From: Thermoanaerobaculia bacterium
GTDB lineage: Bacteria > Acidobacteriota > Thermoanaerobaculia > UBA5066
Direction of reading: 5' to 3'
DNA length: 64,000 bases
Assembly: GCA_963719225.1 (NCBI GenBank)
Contig: CAVRAY010000001.1
Span: 2,784,001 to 2,848,000 of the forward strand
In this document: positions 1 through 9,734 of the stretch, in pieces
Position numbering within the stretch: position 1 is the stretch's first letter
Layout: each line of letters begins with the position of its first letter
Position numbers and translations under genes: made by a program
The notes under the pieces: model-generated
What the model was told of the DNA's origin: nothing
What the model saw: only the letters and a program-made list of their open reading frames with translations
Database searches by the model: none

Positions 1-526
1 CGATGCCCGACACGAAGTAGTCGAGCCGCCGGCTCGCGAAGTCGCGCAGGATCTCGGGGCCGGTCGTCTGGCGGTGATACGCGGGATTCGACGGGTTCTC
101 GAACTGCTGCGGAAGGAACCAGCCGTGCTTGTCGGCCAGCTCCTTGGCCTTCTTGACCATTCCGGTGCCGCGCTCGGCCGCGGGATGAAGGATCACTTTC
201 GCGCCGAGGCCCTTCATGAGCTTCCGGCGCTCGACCGAGAACGAGTCCGACATGATCGCGACGAAGGGATAACCCTTCACCGCGCACACCATCGCGAGCG
301 CGATTCCGGTGTTGCCCGACGTCGGCTCGATGACCGTCTGGCCCGGCTTCAGGACGCCGCGCTTCTCGGCGTCCTCGATCATCGCGATCGCGAGGCGATC
401 CTTCACCGAGCTCATCGGATTGAAGGCCTCGCACTTGACGTAGATCGTCGTTCCCGCCGGCGCGAGGCGGTTGATGCGAACGACCGGAGTGTTTCCGATT
501 GTGCCGAGGATGCTGTCGTGAATCAT
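1..526 (-). CDS. cysK: Cysteine synthase (O-acetylserine sulfhydrylase), runs off the left edge
   Basis: Hand translation MIHDSILGTIGNTPVVRINRL...KCEAFNPMSSVKDR...IEPTSGNTGIALA shows the PLP lysine SVKDR and TSGNT motifs; GGAGGA RBS upstream. Confidence 0.93.
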   Translation of the reverse strand, partial: MIHDSILGTIGNTPVVRINRLAPAGTTIYVKCEAFNPMSSVKDRLAIAMIEDAEKRGVLKPGQTVIEPTSGNTGIALAMVCAVKGYPFVAIMSDSFSVERRKLMKGLGAKVILHPAAERGTGMVKKAKELADKHGWFLPQQFENPSNPAYHRQTTGPEILRDFASRRLDYFVSGI

Positions 527-562
527 GCCGTCCTCCCGAGGGCCGGAATCATAGCGCCACGC

Positions 563-1039
563 TCACTGCGCCAGCTTCCACTTGCCGCCTTCGAGCACGA
601 AGGGAATGGCGATGGTGTTCGACGACGAGCTCACGGTCCCGGGCTCCGACGACTTCTGCTCGACCTGGACGACGTTGAGCGTCGCACGCGAATCGTCTTC
701 GATGATGAGAATGCCGCCGGCCTGGATCCCGGCCGCGAGGGCTGCCTTCTTCGGCAGCATCTTCTTTCGGAAAGCCGTGCTCTCGGCCCGCTCGCTCGCG
801 GGGAGGGCTTTCCAGTCGGCTTGTGCCTTGCTGCTGGCGAGCTTCATCGCATCGTCCATCCGGCCGCCGTGGAGAGCCTCCGCATACCTCAACGCGAGGT
901 CACCGACGGGATGCTTCAGGATCTCGGCCCCCTGAATCCGCCTCTCCTTCGCGGGCTCGGCCGAGTCCGCCGAAAGTGCCGCAAAAACCCCAAGGATGAG
1001 CATCGGAAGGACCGCCACGCGCACGGCTGTCTTTTTCAT
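563..1039 (-). CDS. Hypothetical secreted protein
   Basis: N-terminal signal peptide, AGGGAG RBS, C-terminal 'FVLEGGKWKL' typical of small NTF2-like/DUF4878-like exported proteins. Confidence 0.7.
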   Translation of the reverse strand: MKKTAVRVAVLPMLILGVFAALSADSAEPAKERRIQGAEILKHPVGDLALRYAEALHGGRMDDAMKLASSKAQADWKALPASERAESTAFRKKMLPKKAALAAGIQAGGILIIEDDSRATLNVVQVEQKSSEPGTVSSSSNTIAIPFVLEGGKWKLAQ

Positions 1040-1147
1040 GGATTCTCCCTTTCATAAGGCTACCCTATTCCGCGGGAGCGTCTGGATCCCGGCCCTCGAA
1101 GCGTCAAGTCCGCGAAGCGTCAAGAACAGTTAGGGAAGGAGTTTCGA

Positions 1148-1963
1148 ATGAGAGTCCTCACGATGTCCGTCCTTCTGCTCGTCGCCATGTCGACAACCTC
1201 CATTTCGGCAGACCAACCGACGGATCCGGGACGGAGGCCCCTCGGAGAAGAATCGCGGTCCGCGCGAACCGCGGAGGGCAGGCAGGCGCTCGCCGTGGGC
1301 GCCGTGTCACATCTTCTGCTCCCGACCTCCGCCAACGTCCACGGCAATTTCGGCGCCTTCTTCAAGACGAAGGTGAGCATCTTCAACGCCGTGAACGCCA
1401 CCTACAGCATCCGGGTGGGGTTGAGCGTCTCGACCGGCGAGATCGCGCACGCCTTCATCATCCTGTCACCCGGTCAGACCCGGACCTTCGACAACATCCT
1501 CGACGATCTCTTCGGCTATACCGGCGGCGCCGCGATCGATCTCGACAGCCAGAACACGTCGTTCCGGTTCATCGTGAATGCCCAGGTCTACGTGGACACG
1601 ACGAACGGCCGCTACACGACGGCGTTTCAGTTCGCCGACGACCTCGGGGACATCACGCCCTCCCGCCCGGGCTACGTGGTCGGCGTCTCGGTCAACGCGA
1701 CGAAACGTACGAACGTCGGATGCGCCAGCAACAGTGCCTCCCCTCAGACGATCAGGTTTCAGGGGTTCGATGCGAACAACTTCGCCGTCGGAAGCGAGCT
1801 GAGCTTCACGCTCGCCGGCTTCGGCTGGGCCCAGTACGCGGCGAATTTCACGCTCACGAACGGAGGGATCTACATCACCGCGTCGGACAACGCCGTCTGC
1901 TACGCGGTCGAGGTGGACAACAACACGAACGACGGCACGTTCCAGCTCGCGACGCCGTTCTAG
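1148..1963 (+). CDS. Hypothetical secreted beta-rich protein
   Basis: Signal peptide, AAGGAG RBS, coding-like codon use; motif LLLPTSANVHGNFGAFFKTKVSIFN. Confidence 0.75.
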   Translation: MRVLTMSVLLLVAMSTTSISADQPTDPGRRPLGEESRSARTAEGRQALAVGAVSHLLLPTSANVHGNFGAFFKTKVSIFNAVNATYSIRVGLSVSTGEIAHAFIILSPGQTRTFDNILDDLFGYTGGAAIDLDSQNTSFRFIVNAQVYVDTTNGRYTTAFQFADDLGDITPSRPGYVVGVSVNATKRTNVGCASNSASPQTIRFQGFDANNFAVGSELSFTLAGFGWAQYAANFTLTNGGIYITASDNAVCYAVEVDNNTNDGTFQLATPF

Positions 1964-1990
1964 GACCGCGAGGCCGGTTCGACGCCGGCT

Positions 1991-2422
1991 TTACTGCTCG
2001 AGTCCTCTGCCGAAGGCGTCCAGCCCGTTGCCCGCGGTCGCCATGGCCGAGCAGTAGGCGTCGATGCTCTTCGTGGCGGGGACGCCGTCGTCGTCGTAAC
2101 GAACTTCCAGGTGGAGGTACGGCGCAGGCGACATCCACCCTTCGAACTGCGTGGGCTCCACGCGGCTGACGCTCGACCAGCGGTCCGGCGGATAGCCGGG
2201 CTTGACCGCGGTCAACGTCCACTCCACGACGAAGGCCGTCGGCCCGACATTCGTCACCATGACCCACGTCTGGCCCTTCGCATCGCAGTACGAGAAGAGA
2301 TTCAGCGCGGAGTCGTCGACTCTCTGGGGGGCATGAAGTCCCACGGAGGGTTGGGCCGCGTGGCGGACCGGGAGATGCGGGGCCCGCAGCGTGAGGGCGG
2401 TGGCGAGAAGGGGGGCGATCAT
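1991..2422 (-). CDS. Hypothetical protein, possibly exported
   Basis: ORF 1991..2512; ATG at 2422 (MIAPLLATAL) preceded by GAGGAA RBS. Confidence 0.6.
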   Translation of the reverse strand: MIAPLLATALTLRAPHLPVRHAAQPSVGLHAPQRVDDSALNLFSYCDAKGQTWVMVTNVGPTAFVVEWTLTAVKPGYPPDRWSSVSRVEPTQFEGWMSPAPYLHLEVRYDDDGVPATKSIDAYCSAMATAGNGLDAFGRGLEQ

Positions 2423-2559
2423 GGCCGTTCCTCCTCTCTCGGCACGATTTCTCGTGCCAGTCATCCGTCCGTTGCAACAAGCGCGCCGGGGCTGTCTGGA
2501 GCGTTCTTCCAAACTGTGAGGCGCGTCATGGGCGCGATGCTCCGCGGCGGAGAAAGGAG

Positions 2560-2658
2560 TGGCGGAAGCGTGTGGGGGTCGAACCCACCCGCCGCCCCTC
2601 TCGGAGCGGGCACGCTGGTTTTGAAGACCAGGAGGGCCGCCGGGCCCCTTGCGCTTCC
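2560..2658 (-). tRNA. selC: tRNA-Sec (anticodon UCA)
   Basis: Reverse complement GGAAGCGC...CTGGT-CTTCAAA-ACCAG...long variable arm...GTGGG-TTCGACC-CCCAC-ACGCTTCC-G-CCA; 8/5 geometry, encoded CCA; TAGAAT -10 at 2666-2671. Confidence 0.95.
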
Positions 2659-2711
2659 GCGGCAGATTCTACCGGGCATGCCTTCTGCAAACGTGGATCG
2701 CGTGTTTCCAG

Positions 2712-2738
2712 TCATCCGGCGCTGAGGGGAATTTCGTA
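2712..2738 (+). promoter_or_regulatory. Putative ECF sigma promoter TCATCC-N17-CGTA for the DUF4331 operon
   Basis: Matches TGATCC-N16-CGTA found upstream of the operon's own ECF sigma gene. Confidence 0.5.
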
Positions 2739-2833
2739 CAAGGCAGCGAATGTCGCCCGTGCACCACGTCCGAGACGCTTAATCGATCGCCAAGCGGGAA
2801 CGAACCACGTTCGAACCACCCCAAGGAGGTCCC

Positions 2834-4492
2834 ATGTCCAGAACGGGAGAACTGCGTTTACGCGGCATCGTCACGGCCGTCACGGCCGGAATCCTGGCGG
2901 CCGCCGCGCTCCTCGCGCCTACCCCGGCGCTCGCGTCCAGCCACAACGAGGCCCCCTTCACGTCCCGGAACCCCAGCCTCGACGACACGGACTTCTACAT
3001 GTTCCGGGACCCGAACGACCCCTCGATGGTGAACCTGATCGCCTGTCGCTACGGGCTCATCGAGCCGCAGGGCGGCCCGAATTACGCGGGCTTCCAGGAC
3101 GGCGCCTGGTACGACATCAAGATCGACAACAACGGCGACGGCGTCGAGGACATCACGTACCGCTTCACGTTCAAGACCACGTACAAGGACCCGAACACGT
3201 TCCTCTACGCGCTCCCGGGCCTGACGTCGTTCACGGATCCGAACCTCCTCGTGACACAGACGTACACGCTCGACCGGATCGCGGGCCCTGCGGGAAACCC
3301 GTCGGCCGGCCAGATCACGCGGATCCTCACGGATCAGCCGGTGGTCCCGCCGTACATCGGCCCCAAGACGTTTCCGAATTACGTGAGCCTGCCGAACGGC
3401 ATCCAGAAGACCGCGGACGGCAAGACCTCCGTCTTCGTCGGCCCCCGGCAGGATCCCTTCTTCGTGGACCTCGGCATGGTCTTCGACGCGGTCAACCTCG
3501 AGGTCGGCGCCGGTAACGGCCGGCCGGGCGTGGGCGTCGGCGCCACGGGAAGCGGCCGGGACACCCTGTTCGGCTACACGGTCCTTTCGACGGCTCTCCA
3601 GGTTCCCATCGCGAACCTCACCTCCGTCGGCTTTCAGGTCGGCGACCCGACGAACTCGGTCGCCGTCATCGGGGGGTGGGCCTCGGTCAGCATCCCCGCC
3701 ACGCGCACGATCAACCCCGACGGCACGATCACGTCCGGCACCAACTACATCCAGGTCTCGCGGCTCGGCAACCCGCTCGTGAACGAGGTCCTCGTCGGCG
3801 TGGGCCGCAAGGACAGGTGGAATTCCGTCGGGCCGGCGAACGAATCCTTCTTCCAGGGGAACGCCACGACCCCGGGCGAGCTCTTCCCGATCCTCGCGAC
3901 GTACATGACGGTGCTCTTCCCCGGCGTCAACGTGCCTCCTGGCCCCCGCGGGGACATCGAGCTCGCGCTCTTCCGCGGCCTCGGGCCCGCGGCCGCCGCC
4001 CAGTTCGGGGTCCAGATCAACTCGCACCCGGGCGAGGTGTACGCGGACGAGCTCCGGCTGAACACGGCCGTCGCGCCGACTCCCTTCTCGAGCGCGAACC
4101 GGCTCGGGTACCTGGGCGGCGACGCCGCCGGTTTCCCGAACGGCCGGCGGCCCTGCGACGACGTCGTGGACGTCGAGCTGCGCGTCGTCGCGGGCGTTCT
4201 CGTCGGACCGCCCTTCAACGCTTCGCCGAACAGCCTCCTCGGAGACGGAGTGGACTTCCCGGAGCGCGGCTGCCGGTACAATTTCCCCTACATGTGGTCG
4301 CCCACGAGCGGCTTCGCGGCCTTCCACGCCGGCCCGCCGCAGGCAGCGCACAACGCTCAGGTGAAGGGAATTCGCGATTCCAGCGCCAAGGGCTTTCCCG
4401 AAGGCATCACCGACGAGGAGTTCGCCGAGCGCGTCCGCATCGCCCGCGATCGCGACGACCTCGCGAAGATCCAGCCCGTGGACCTCAAGTAA
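2834..4492 (+). CDS. DUF4331 family secreted protein
   Basis: Signal peptide then ASSHNEAP...DDTDFYMF; FVGPRQDPFFVDL, QVSRLGNPLVNE and GFPNGRRPCDDVVD motifs; AAGGAGG RBS. Confidence 0.9.
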   Translation: MSRTGELRLRGIVTAVTAGILAAAALLAPTPALASSHNEAPFTSRNPSLDDTDFYMFRDPNDPSMVNLIACRYGLIEPQGGPNYAGFQDGAWYDIKIDNNGDGVEDITYRFTFKTTYKDPNTFLYALPGLTSFTDPNLLVTQTYTLDRIAGPAGNPSAGQITRILTDQPVVPPYIGPKTFPNYVSLPNGIQKTADGKTSVFVGPRQDPFFVDLGMVFDAVNLEVGAGNGRPGVGVGATGSGRDTLFGYTVLSTALQVPIANLTSVGFQVGDPTNSVAVIGGWASVSIPATRTINPDGTITSGTNYIQVSRLGNPLVNEVLVGVGRKDRWNSVGPANESFFQGNATTPGELFPILATYMTVLFPGVNVPPGPRGDIELALFRGLGPAAAAQFGVQINSHPGEVYADELRLNTAVAPTPFSSANRLGYLGGDAAGFPNGRRPCDDVVDVELRVVAGVLVGPPFNASPNSLLGDGVDFPERGCRYNFPYMWSPTSGFAAFHAGPPQAAHNAQVKGIRDSSAKGFPEGITDEEFAERVRIARDRDDLAKIQPVDLK

Positions 4493-4501
4493 GCTCTTTT
4501 C

Positions 4502-5707
4502 GTGCATCCTCTCCGGCCGCCGCTCTCCCTTTTCGTGCGGGCGGCGGCCGCCGCGCTTCTCCTGCCCTTCGCCGTGAGGGGAGCCGAACCCGGAGGGAAG
4601 AACGGCCCGCTCGCGCTCGCCGAAGAGCGATACCAGCGCTATCGGAGGACGCTCGATCCCTCCGACCTCGCCGCTTCCGAGGCCGCGGTGGCGAAAGGCC
4701 TCGCCGCCGCGCCGACCGACTTCGGCCTCCGAAAATTCCGGCTGAGGCTCCTCCTTCCCCACCACCGCTTCGAGGAGCTGGCGCGCGAGGCCGCGGCGCT
4801 GAAGGCGGAACGGCCGGACGACCCGGAGCTGGACGGCGCGCTCGGGGACGCGTTCTTCGAAGTCGGCCGCTATCCGGAGGCCTTCGCCGCCTACGACCGC
4901 TTCGTGGCGGCAAAGCGCTGCACGGCTTCGTTCAGCCGCGCCGCTCTCGCGAAAGACGCCGTGGGCGACCTCCCGGGCGCGCTCGCCGCGCTGGACCTCG
5001 CCGCGAACGCCGCGCTGCCCGCGGACCTCGAGGGCTACGCCTGGTGCCGGGCGCGCGCCGCCCGGATCCTGCTCAAGATGAACCGGTACGAAGACGCGGA
5101 AGGGCGCCTCGTCGAAGCCCTCCTCCGTGTTCCGAATCACGCGCCGGCGCTCGCCGCCGCGGCGGAGATCGCGGCCCGCAAGGGACTCTGGGAGCCGGCC
5201 ACGCGTCTCGCCGAGCGCTCCTTCTCCTTCGTGCCCGAGTTCTCCGTCGCCGCCGCTCTCGTCGACTATCGGCGCGCGATGGGCGACGTCGCCGGCGAGG
5301 AGCGCGCGAAGGCGACCGTGAAGACCCTCGAGGCGCTTCTTCCCGCCGCGGAGAAGAAGGTCCATCGCCTCCTCGCGTTGTATCTGGCGGAGCACGGCGA
5401 CGCCAAGCGGGCGGTCGAGATGACGTCGAGGGAGCTCGAGACCCGCAAGGACATCGGCGGATACGACGCGTATGCGTGGTGCCTGTACCGGGCCGGACGT
5501 GCCCGCGATGCCGTGGAGCCCATGGCGAAAGCCCTCGCGACCGGTACGATCGACCCCGTGCTCGAGTTCCACGCGGGCGCGATCGCCCGAGCAGCGGGCG
5601 ATTGCCAGTCGGCCGTGAAGCACCTCACGCGCGCGCTGGAAATCGACTCGCGCTTCCACGTGCTCCATGCGGAAGAAGCGAGGAGGATGAAGAAAGAGAT
5701 CGAATGA
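4502..5707 (+). CDS. Secreted TPR protein (usual DUF4331 partner)
   Basis: Signal peptide, TPR-like helices, DAYAWCLYRAG...FHAG motif. Confidence 0.85.
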   Translation: MHPLRPPLSLFVRAAAAALLLPFAVRGAEPGGKNGPLALAEERYQRYRRTLDPSDLAASEAAVAKGLAAAPTDFGLRKFRLRLLLPHHRFEELAREAAALKAERPDDPELDGALGDAFFEVGRYPEAFAAYDRFVAAKRCTASFSRAALAKDAVGDLPGALAALDLAANAALPADLEGYAWCRARAARILLKMNRYEDAEGRLVEALLRVPNHAPALAAAAEIAARKGLWEPATRLAERSFSFVPEFSVAAALVDYRRAMGDVAGEERAKATVKTLEALLPAAEKKVHRLLALYLAEHGDAKRAVEMTSRELETRKDIGGYDAYAWCLYRAGRARDAVEPMAKALATGTIDPVLEFHAGAIARAAGDCQSAVKHLTRALEIDSRFHVLHAEEARRMKKEIE

Positions 5708-6324
5708 GAAAATCTTCCTCTGTATTTCTTTTCCTCTTTCTTCTCCTCTCTTCAGCAAAATCTTTCTCCCATCCCATGGGGAATTTCTCCGTGAACCGCT
5801 GGACGCGGCTTTCGCCGCGCGCGGGGGGCATCGACGTGACGCACGTCATCGACCTCGCGGAGATCCCGACGCAGAAGGCGCTTTCGGACTCGAACCTGAC
5901 GAGCGCGCCGCGAGGCGAGGCGCTCGCGAAGCTGCGGGACGCGCTCGGCGCGCGCTTTCTGCCGGGCTTGGTTCTCACCGTCGACGGCGCGCGCGTGGCG
6001 CTCGCGGTCGTGAGAAGCGATCTGGAGTTCACCCCGGGAGTCGCGGACCTCCCGACCGCGCGCCTGACGCTGGACCTCGAGGCGAAGGCACTGCTCGAGG
6101 GCGTCAGGGCCGTGGCGTTCTCGGATACGAACTTCGAAGGCCGCGCGGGCTGGAAGGAAGTCGTCGCGGTAGCCGGAAAAGGGGCCGCGATTCTCGCCGC
6201 CGACGTGCCCGCCTCGGACCGCACCCGGGGGCTGACCGAATACCCGACCGACCCGTCGGAGCCGCCGGCGGAGGTCACGCGCGCGGCGTTGCGCGTGAGG
6301 TTCGGCGCAGGGCGGGTCCCCTGA
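5704..6324 (+). CDS. Exported protein resembling the extracytoplasmic N-terminal domain of NicO/HoxN-type nickel transporters
   Basis: ATG overlaps TPR stop; signal peptide then HPMGNFSVNR, DLAEIPT and GWKEVV motifs; no membrane transporter domain follows. Confidence 0.7.
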   Translation: MRKSSSVFLFLFLLLSSAKSFSHPMGNFSVNRWTRLSPRAGGIDVTHVIDLAEIPTQKALSDSNLTSAPRGEALAKLRDALGARFLPGLVLTVDGARVALAVVRSDLEFTPGVADLPTARLTLDLEAKALLEGVRAVAFSDTNFEGRAGWKEVVAVAGKGAAILAADVPASDRTRGLTEYPTDPSEPPAEVTRAALRVRFGAGRVP

Positions 6325-6929
6325 TGCAGCTCGTGGACCCGCCGGGACGCGTCGTGCGCCCGCCGAGCGCCGCCCGGGAAGCCGCGGGCGTAGCAGCCGC
6401 ACTCGCGATCGTGCTGGCCGCCGGGGCATTGCGCGTCCTGACGCTGGACCGTTCGAGCGCGTCCGCGGCGATTCCGGCCACGACGGCGCTCGAGGGGACC
6501 GATCAGACGCTCTTCCAGGCGATCCTGGTCTCGGTCGACGCCATCGCGGACCTGAAACGAAGAACCGGTGCCTGGCCGGACGTCGCGGCTCTCGCCGCGG
6601 ACGACGTCCCCCCGTTTGCGCCCGCGCTCCTTCCCGCCGAGGCGCGCGGCCTAGATTGGAAACGGCGCGTCGACGGCACGTCCGCGGACTACGCGGGGCT
6701 CGACCCGAAGGGCCGCCGAACGGCGTTCCTGCTCCGCGTCTCCGAGAGGTCGACGAGCGGCCTCGACCAGGGCACGCCCACGCGTGCCGCGCGCGCGGGG
6801 CCGCGTGTCGCGGCCGAAGTATGGATCGTCAAGGGCGGCACCGCGCTGCCCGGCGCTTATCCCGCGACCGACGGCTGGTTTCAGCTCGTCGCGCTCGACG
6901 GCGAGGCCGGAGCAGGAGCGCGGCGGTGA
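6324..6929 (+). CDS. DUF6162-like (FpvH/FpvK-like) membrane-anchored protein
   Basis: VVRPPSAARE plus TM helix, WPDVAALAADDVPPFA motif; directly precedes the FpvC-like SBP. Confidence 0.65.
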   Translation: MQLVDPPGRVVRPPSAAREAAGVAAALAIVLAAGALRVLTLDRSSASAAIPATTALEGTDQTLFQAILVSVDAIADLKRRTGAWPDVAALAADDVPPFAPALLPAEARGLDWKRRVDGTSADYAGLDPKGRRTAFLLRVSERSTSGLDQGTPTRAARAGPRVAAEVWIVKGGTALPGAYPATDGWFQLVALDGEAGAGARR

Positions 6930-7816
6930 GAGCGCGCGCCGCGGCGCTCGCGCTTCTTTCTTTCGCGGCGTTCCCCGCCGCCGGGTCCCGGGCGCGCCCG
7001 CTGCGCGTCGGCGTCACGCTCAATCCCTATTACTCGTGGATCGCGAACGTGGGCGGGAACGCCGTCACCGTGGTCTCGGTGGTGCCCGCCGGCGCCGATC
7101 CACATTCGTACCAGCCGCGGCCCGAAGACCTCGCGGCGCTCGAGTCGCTCGACGCCGTCGTCGTGAACGGGCTCGGCCACGACGCCTTCCTGGAGCCGAT
7201 GCTCGAGGCCGCCGGCAAGAACGGCCTCGCGCGGCTCGACCCGAACCGTGGCGTCCCGCTCCTTCCCGGAGCCTCGGGGGGAGCGAACAGCCACTCCTTC
7301 CTCTCGGTTCTCGCGGCCTCGCAGCAGATCCAGACCCTGGCGAAAGAGCTCTCCCGCCTCGATCCCGAGGACGCCGCGCTTTTCGAGGAGAACGCAAGGA
7401 GCTATACGAAGAAGCTGCGGCGCCTCCTCGCCGAGGCTCTCGCGCGTCTCGACGGGCTGGACCTCTCCGCTGTCCGCATCGCGACGGTCCACGACGGCTA
7501 TGCCTATCTCTTCTCCGATCTCGGCCTGAAAGTGCAGGCGGTCGTTCAGCCCCGGCACGGCCTCGAGCCCTCGGCGCAGCAGCTCGCCGACACGATCGCG
7601 CGCATCCGGGCGGCGCACGTGAACCTCCTGTTCACGGAAATGGGCCTCGATCGCCGGTACGTCGATACGATCGAGAAGGAGACCGGCTGCCGGATCTTCC
7701 GGCTCACGCACATGGCGGGCGGCGAGGTTTCGAAAGGCCGGTTTCTTCGCGACACGCAAGCGAACCTCGACGCGATCGTCTCCGGCGTCGCGGCGGTCGC
7801 GGGGCGCCGCCCGTGA
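6926..7816 (+). CDS. Metal ABC transporter substrate-binding protein (cluster A-I, FpvC-like)
   Basis: LRVGVTLNPYYSW, DPHSYQP, NGLGHD, HSFLS, ATVHDGYAYL, HGLEPS motifs; GTG overlaps upstream stop. Confidence 0.88.
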   Translation: MRARAAALALLSFAAFPAAGSRARPLRVGVTLNPYYSWIANVGGNAVTVVSVVPAGADPHSYQPRPEDLAALESLDAVVVNGLGHDAFLEPMLEAAGKNGLARLDPNRGVPLLPGASGGANSHSFLSVLAASQQIQTLAKELSRLDPEDAALFEENARSYTKKLRRLLAEALARLDGLDLSAVRIATVHDGYAYLFSDLGLKVQAVVQPRHGLEPSAQQLADTIARIRAAHVNLLFTEMGLDRRYVDTIEKETGCRIFRLTHMAGGEVSKGRFLRDTQANLDAIVSGVAAVAGRRP

Positions 7817-8514
7817 GCGCCGCGGCGGGTCCGGTCGTCGCGATCCGCGGGCTGAGCGTTTCGCGCGGACGCGACCTCGCGCTCGACGGCGTCGACCTGG
7901 ACGTCTTCGCGGGCGAGGTCCACGGGCTTGCCGGCCCGAACGGCGCTGGAAAGACGACGCTCCTTCAGTGTCTCCTCGGCCGAATGGCGTTCACCGGCAC
8001 GATCCGCCTCGCCCTTTCCCCAGGCGAGCCGATCGGCTACGTGCCACAGAGCCTCGAGCTCGACCCGGCGCTGCCCGTCTCCGTATCCGACCTCGTCGCG
8101 CTCGCGCTCCGCCGCGCTCCCGTCCTCGGACGGCATTCCCCGGCGCTTCGCTCCCGCATCGCCTCCGCGCTCGCGGAGACCGGATCCGAGGGCCTCGCCG
8201 TGCGCCGTCTCCCCGAGCTTTCCGGCGGCGAGCTGCGGCGCGTCCTTCTGGCGCAGGCGCTCGTTCCGCGGCCGAAGCTTCTCCTCCTCGACGAGCCGGC
8301 CAGCCACGTCGACGACGAGGGAACACGCCTCATCGAGGCGCTGCTTCCCCGCCTCGCGAGGCGAGGCACCGCCGTCCTCCTCGTCGAGCACGACCTCGGC
8401 CTCCTCGGGCGGGTCTCGACGCGCGTCACCTTCCTGAACCGGCGGGTCGTCTCGACGGGCGATCCGGCACGGCTGTCCATTACGGATCCCGTCGCGGAAG
8501 GGATCGCACCGTGA
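7813..8514 (+). CDS. Metal ABC transporter ATP-binding protein (FpvD/ZnuC-like)
   Basis: GPNGAGKT, LSGGE, LLLLDEP, H-loop VEHD. Confidence 0.92.
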   Translation: MSAAAGPVVAIRGLSVSRGRDLALDGVDLDVFAGEVHGLAGPNGAGKTTLLQCLLGRMAFTGTIRLALSPGEPIGYVPQSLELDPALPVSVSDLVALALRRAPVLGRHSPALRSRIASALAETGSEGLAVRRLPELSGGELRRVLLAQALVPRPKLLLLDEPASHVDDEGTRLIEALLPRLARRGTAVLLVEHDLGLLGRVSTRVTFLNRRVVSTGDPARLSITDPVAEGIAP

Positions 8515-9395
8515 GCGGCGTCTACGAGACGGTGGCCGGATGGGCGCGCGCGGGGTTCCTGCCGGCGATCTTCGTCCACGCGTTCATGGTCCGCGGCCTG
8601 ATCGGCGCCCTCCTTCTCGGCCCTCTCTTCGGAGGGGTCGGCACTCTCGTCGTGGCGAGGCGGATGTCGTTCTTCACGCAGGCGATCGGAAACGCGGCGA
8701 TGACGGGAACGGCCCTCGGCCTTCTGCTCGGCGAGCCGCCCGGATCCACCTGGGCCGGCCTCTACGGATTCTGTTTCGCCTCGGCGATCCTCGTCATTTT
8801 CGTCCAGCACCGCGGCCGCATTCCGTCCGACACCGTCACCGGCCTGTTCCTCGCGCAGACGCTGGGCCTCGGCGTTCTCATGGTGTCGCTCGTCTCGAAG
8901 CGGTTCGACATCCACCAGATCGAGGGGACGCTCTTCGGCAGCCTCCTGACGCTGCGCGACGCCGATCTCGCCATCCTGCTCGCGACGGCGGTCGCGGCGG
9001 CGCTCGCGGGCGGATTCCTCTTCAACGACCTCGTTCTCGCGAGCCTCAGCCCGTCGCTGGCGGCCGCGCGCGGGAAGAAGCCCGCGCTTCTCGACTACGT
9101 CTTCGTGACGCTGGCGACGGCGGTCGTCGTCTCGGGCCTGAAGCTGGTGGGCGCGCTCCTCGTCCTGGTCATGATCGTCGTGCCCGCCGCCGCGGCGCAG
9201 AACGTGGCCTCGAACCTGCGCCAGTTCTTTTTCGCGAGCGTCGCTCTTTCCACGCTCGCCGCCGTGGGCGGACTGTTTCTCTCGGGTTTCCTCCCCGTTC
9301 CGACGGGCGGCGCCATCGCGCTCGTCTCGACAGCCCTCTTCTATCTCACGCTCGCGTGGCGCCCGGTCCGCCGGCGCCGGAAGGTGATTCCATGA
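8511..9395 (+). CDS. Metal ABC transporter permease (FpvE/ZnuB-like)
   Basis: Hydrophobic; GTLVVARRMSFF, LFGSLL, KLVGALLV...VPAAAA. Confidence 0.9.
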   Translation: MSGVYETVAGWARAGFLPAIFVHAFMVRGLIGALLLGPLFGGVGTLVVARRMSFFTQAIGNAAMTGTALGLLLGEPPGSTWAGLYGFCFASAILVIFVQHRGRIPSDTVTGLFLAQTLGLGVLMVSLVSKRFDIHQIEGTLFGSLLTLRDADLAILLATAVAAALAGGFLFNDLVLASLSPSLAAARGKKPALLDYVFVTLATAVVVSGLKLVGALLVLVMIVVPAAAAQNVASNLRQFFFASVALSTLAAVGGLFLSGFLPVPTGGAIALVSTALFYLTLAWRPVRRRRKVIP

Positions 9396-9712
9396 GGCGC
9401 TTCTTCGTGCTCGCGCTGCTTCTCGCGGTCTCGGGCTCCCTCCTCGCCCATGACATCGCCGTTTGGGCCGAGGTCATGAAGGGCCGCGTCCACGTCGAGG
9501 TGTATTTCAGCGACGGCTCGCCCGTGGGCGACGCGCCGATCGAGGTCTCGAACGCAAAGGGGAAGGTCCTTCTCACCGGGCGCACGGACGCGAAGGGGGT
9601 CTTCGATTTCGCGCCTCCCGAAAGGACCGCGCTCACGATCACCGTTTCCGTGGGCTACGGTCACGAGGCGACGGCGCAGGTGAAAGCCGAGGACCTGAAG
9701 GAACCCGAATAG
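9392..9712 (+). CDS. Small exported protein, FpvJ/CbiL-NikL-like
   Basis: Signal peptide ending LLA-H; YFSDGSP...GRTDAKGVF...GH pattern. Confidence 0.7.
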   Translation: MRRFFVLALLLAVSGSLLAHDIAVWAEVMKGRVHVEVYFSDGSPVGDAPIEVSNAKGKVLLTGRTDAKGVFDFAPPERTALTITVSVGYGHEATAQVKAEDLKEPE

Positions 9713-9734
9713 TAGGCCCGCGTCGAGCCCGGGG

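Noticed and set aside
1148-2560. selC as an integration site for the adjacent hypothetical genes
   Set aside because: No integrase, no duplicated tRNA 3' end and no composition shift seen
6300-6330. UGA read-through (Sec) at gene ends such as 6322-6324 or 34888-34890
   Set aside because: Downstream genes are in different frames, the positions are not Cys-equivalent, and no SECIS was recognised
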